DNA of 64,000 nucleotides, from assembly GCA_016183305.1 (NCBI GenBank), contig JACPEW010000006.1, positions 2,317 through 66,316 on the forward strand. Reading direction: 5' to 3'. Position numbers and translations under genes: made by a program. Shown here in pieces: positions 62,856-64,000 of the stretch; position 1 is the stretch's first letter, and every line of letters begins with the position of its first letter. The notes under the pieces were generated by a model, which saw only the letters and a program-made list of their open reading frames with translations, had not been told where the DNA came from and did not search any database. The DNA is from Candidatus Daviesbacteria bacterium. GTDB lineage: Bacteria > Patescibacteriota > Microgenomatia > Daviesbacterales > UBA10151.

Positions 62856-63596
62856 ATGTATCAAACTATTAAAAAACAGACTGTTTACTATCAAAAAGTT
62901 GGAAAAGGTAAAGATTTAATTTTGCTGCATGGTTGGAAGCAGGATGTTTCTACCTGGTGGCCTTTGGTAGATCTATTAAAAGATCATTTCACCCTTTGGT
63001 TATTAGACCTGCCCGGGTTTGGTAAAAGTGAGAATCCAAAAAAAATCTGGGGGATGGAAGAATATACAAATTTTGTTTTCCAGTTTATTAAAGAAAATAA
63101 AATAAAAGAACCTGCTGTTTTAGGCCATTCTTTTGGGGGGGCTGTAGCTATTAAACTAGCAAGCATTTATCCTGATTTAATTTCTAAAATAATTCTAGAT
63201 GCCAGTTCTGGAATCAGACCCAAACCAACCCTGACTAATAGATTGGCAAAATCAGTTGCCAAATTAATAAAAATATTGCCCAATGTATTTAATAGTAAGC
63301 AGTTACTCCGTTTATGGTTTTATAAAACTATCCAGTCAGATTATTTAGAAGCAGGGGATTTAACAGAATCTTTTAAGAAAATACTTACTCAGGATCTAAC
63401 CAATGATGCTAAAAAAATCTCTCATGAAACTTTAATAATCTGGGGGGGGGATGATAAAACAGTGCCTTTAAAAAGAGGTTTAACTCTTTATCAATTAATA
63501 AAAAATTCCAGGATTGAGATAATGGAAGAAACCGGCCATAGCCCTCATTTAAAAAATCCAGTTTTATTTACAAACTATGTTAAAGACTTTATCTAA
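62856..63596 (+). CDS. alpha/beta-fold hydrolase
   Basis: LLHGW, nucleophile elbow GHSFGG, C-terminal GHSPHL. Confidence 0.75.
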   Translation: MYQTIKKQTVYYQKVGKGKDLILLHGWKQDVSTWWPLVDLLKDHFTLWLLDLPGFGKSENPKKIWGMEEYTNFVFQFIKENKIKEPAVLGHSFGGAVAIKLASIYPDLISKIILDASSGIRPKPTLTNRLAKSVAKLIKILPNVFNSKQLLRLWFYKTIQSDYLEAGDLTESFKKILTQDLTNDAKKISHETLIIWGGDDKTVPLKRGLTLYQLIKNSRIEIMEETGHSPHLKNPVLFTNYVKDFI

Positions 63597-64000
63597 AATT
63601 TTACCGCTGCTTGATCATCTATATATTTTCCAGGTTTTGGAATATAAACCAATTTTTTTTATTAGTTGGTTTTTAAAACATCTTTTTGCCAGAAACCTAC
63701 AAAGAAAACACCGGTTAGAATACACTTCTAAAATAAAATTGCTGCTGCTTTTTACTTTAGGTTGGATCTATTTATCTTGGCAATCTATTGGATTATTTTT
63801 AACCTTCCTTGTTCTTGTATTTATATCTCCAATATTTATCCTGTTGGGATTTATCACTTATCTGCCTTTGGATATTTATTTTAAAAGAAAAATTCTAAAT
63901 CAAGCAAAAGAAAAACTGGCTGCTTTACCAAAACTAAAAATTATTGCTATCACTGGCTCATATGGTAAAACCTCAACTAAAGATATGCTTTATACCCTGC
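63577..64000 (+). CDS. Mur ligase family protein (MurF-like), N-terminal part, runs off window
   Basis: ATG 63577; two TM-like segments, then P-loop IAITGSYGKTSTK; no stop before window end. Confidence 0.6.
   Translation, partial: MLKTLSKILPLLDHLYIFQVLEYKPIFFISWFLKHLFARNLQRKHRLEYTSKIKLLLLFTLGWIYLSWQSIGLFLTFLVLVFISPIFILLGFITYLPLDIYFKRKILNQAKEKLAALPKLKIIAITGSYGKTSTKDMLYTL

Overview
Low-GC bacterial chromosome segment that looks like a reduced, CPR/Patescibacteria-like genome (taxonomy is inference only). Housekeeping content includes tRNA-Leu, tRNA-Val and tRNA-Tyr, thrS, infC-rpmI-rplT, pheS-pheT, an archaeal-type tyrS, and the block rpmF-nusB-ACP-like-rnc-rpsP-KH-trmD. Also present are recG, holB, gyrB, PBP1A, a MurC-MurD fusion, the start of a MurF-like ligase, and three GT2 glycosyltransferase genes. 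The F1Fo ATP synthase operon reads atpBEFHAGD; atpC is detached and sits directly behind a CsoSCA-like carbonic-anhydrase homologue. A ~17.5-kb type IV pilus locus carries pilB, pilT, pilC, a pilin, pilD, about ten further prepilin-like genes (one fused to a LamG domain) and pilM-N-O, with no secretin. Next to tRNA-Tyr lies an accessory islet of small minus-strand cassettes (P-loop kinase, HicAB, a decayed IPT/TIG gene, PIN/Phd, a coiled-coil ORF), each followed by a conserved ~75-bp repeat. The dominant unusual signal is several families of small structured repeats: R1, a RAYT-type transposase flanked by its own REP hairpin (7 copies in the window); R2, GTCATYCTG-type nested hairpins; R3, heptanucleotide arrays; and R5, a ~90-nt element seen in two copies. 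Many copies sit in-frame inside essential genes (pheT, recG, atpG, trmD, murC-murD, pilD, GT2 genes) without breaking the ORF. Further leads: a Thr-codon leader-peptide attenuator upstream of thrS; a tRNA-Tyr with an archaeal-type C1:G72 pair matching the archaeal-type TyrRS; reading-frame anomalies in atpA and rpmI/rplT; a likely CUG start for infC; perfect heptamer x4 tracts in pilD and upstream of a pilin gene; and an ACP homologue lacking the phosphopantetheine serine. All calls come from reading the sequence and ORF track by eye; no searches were run.
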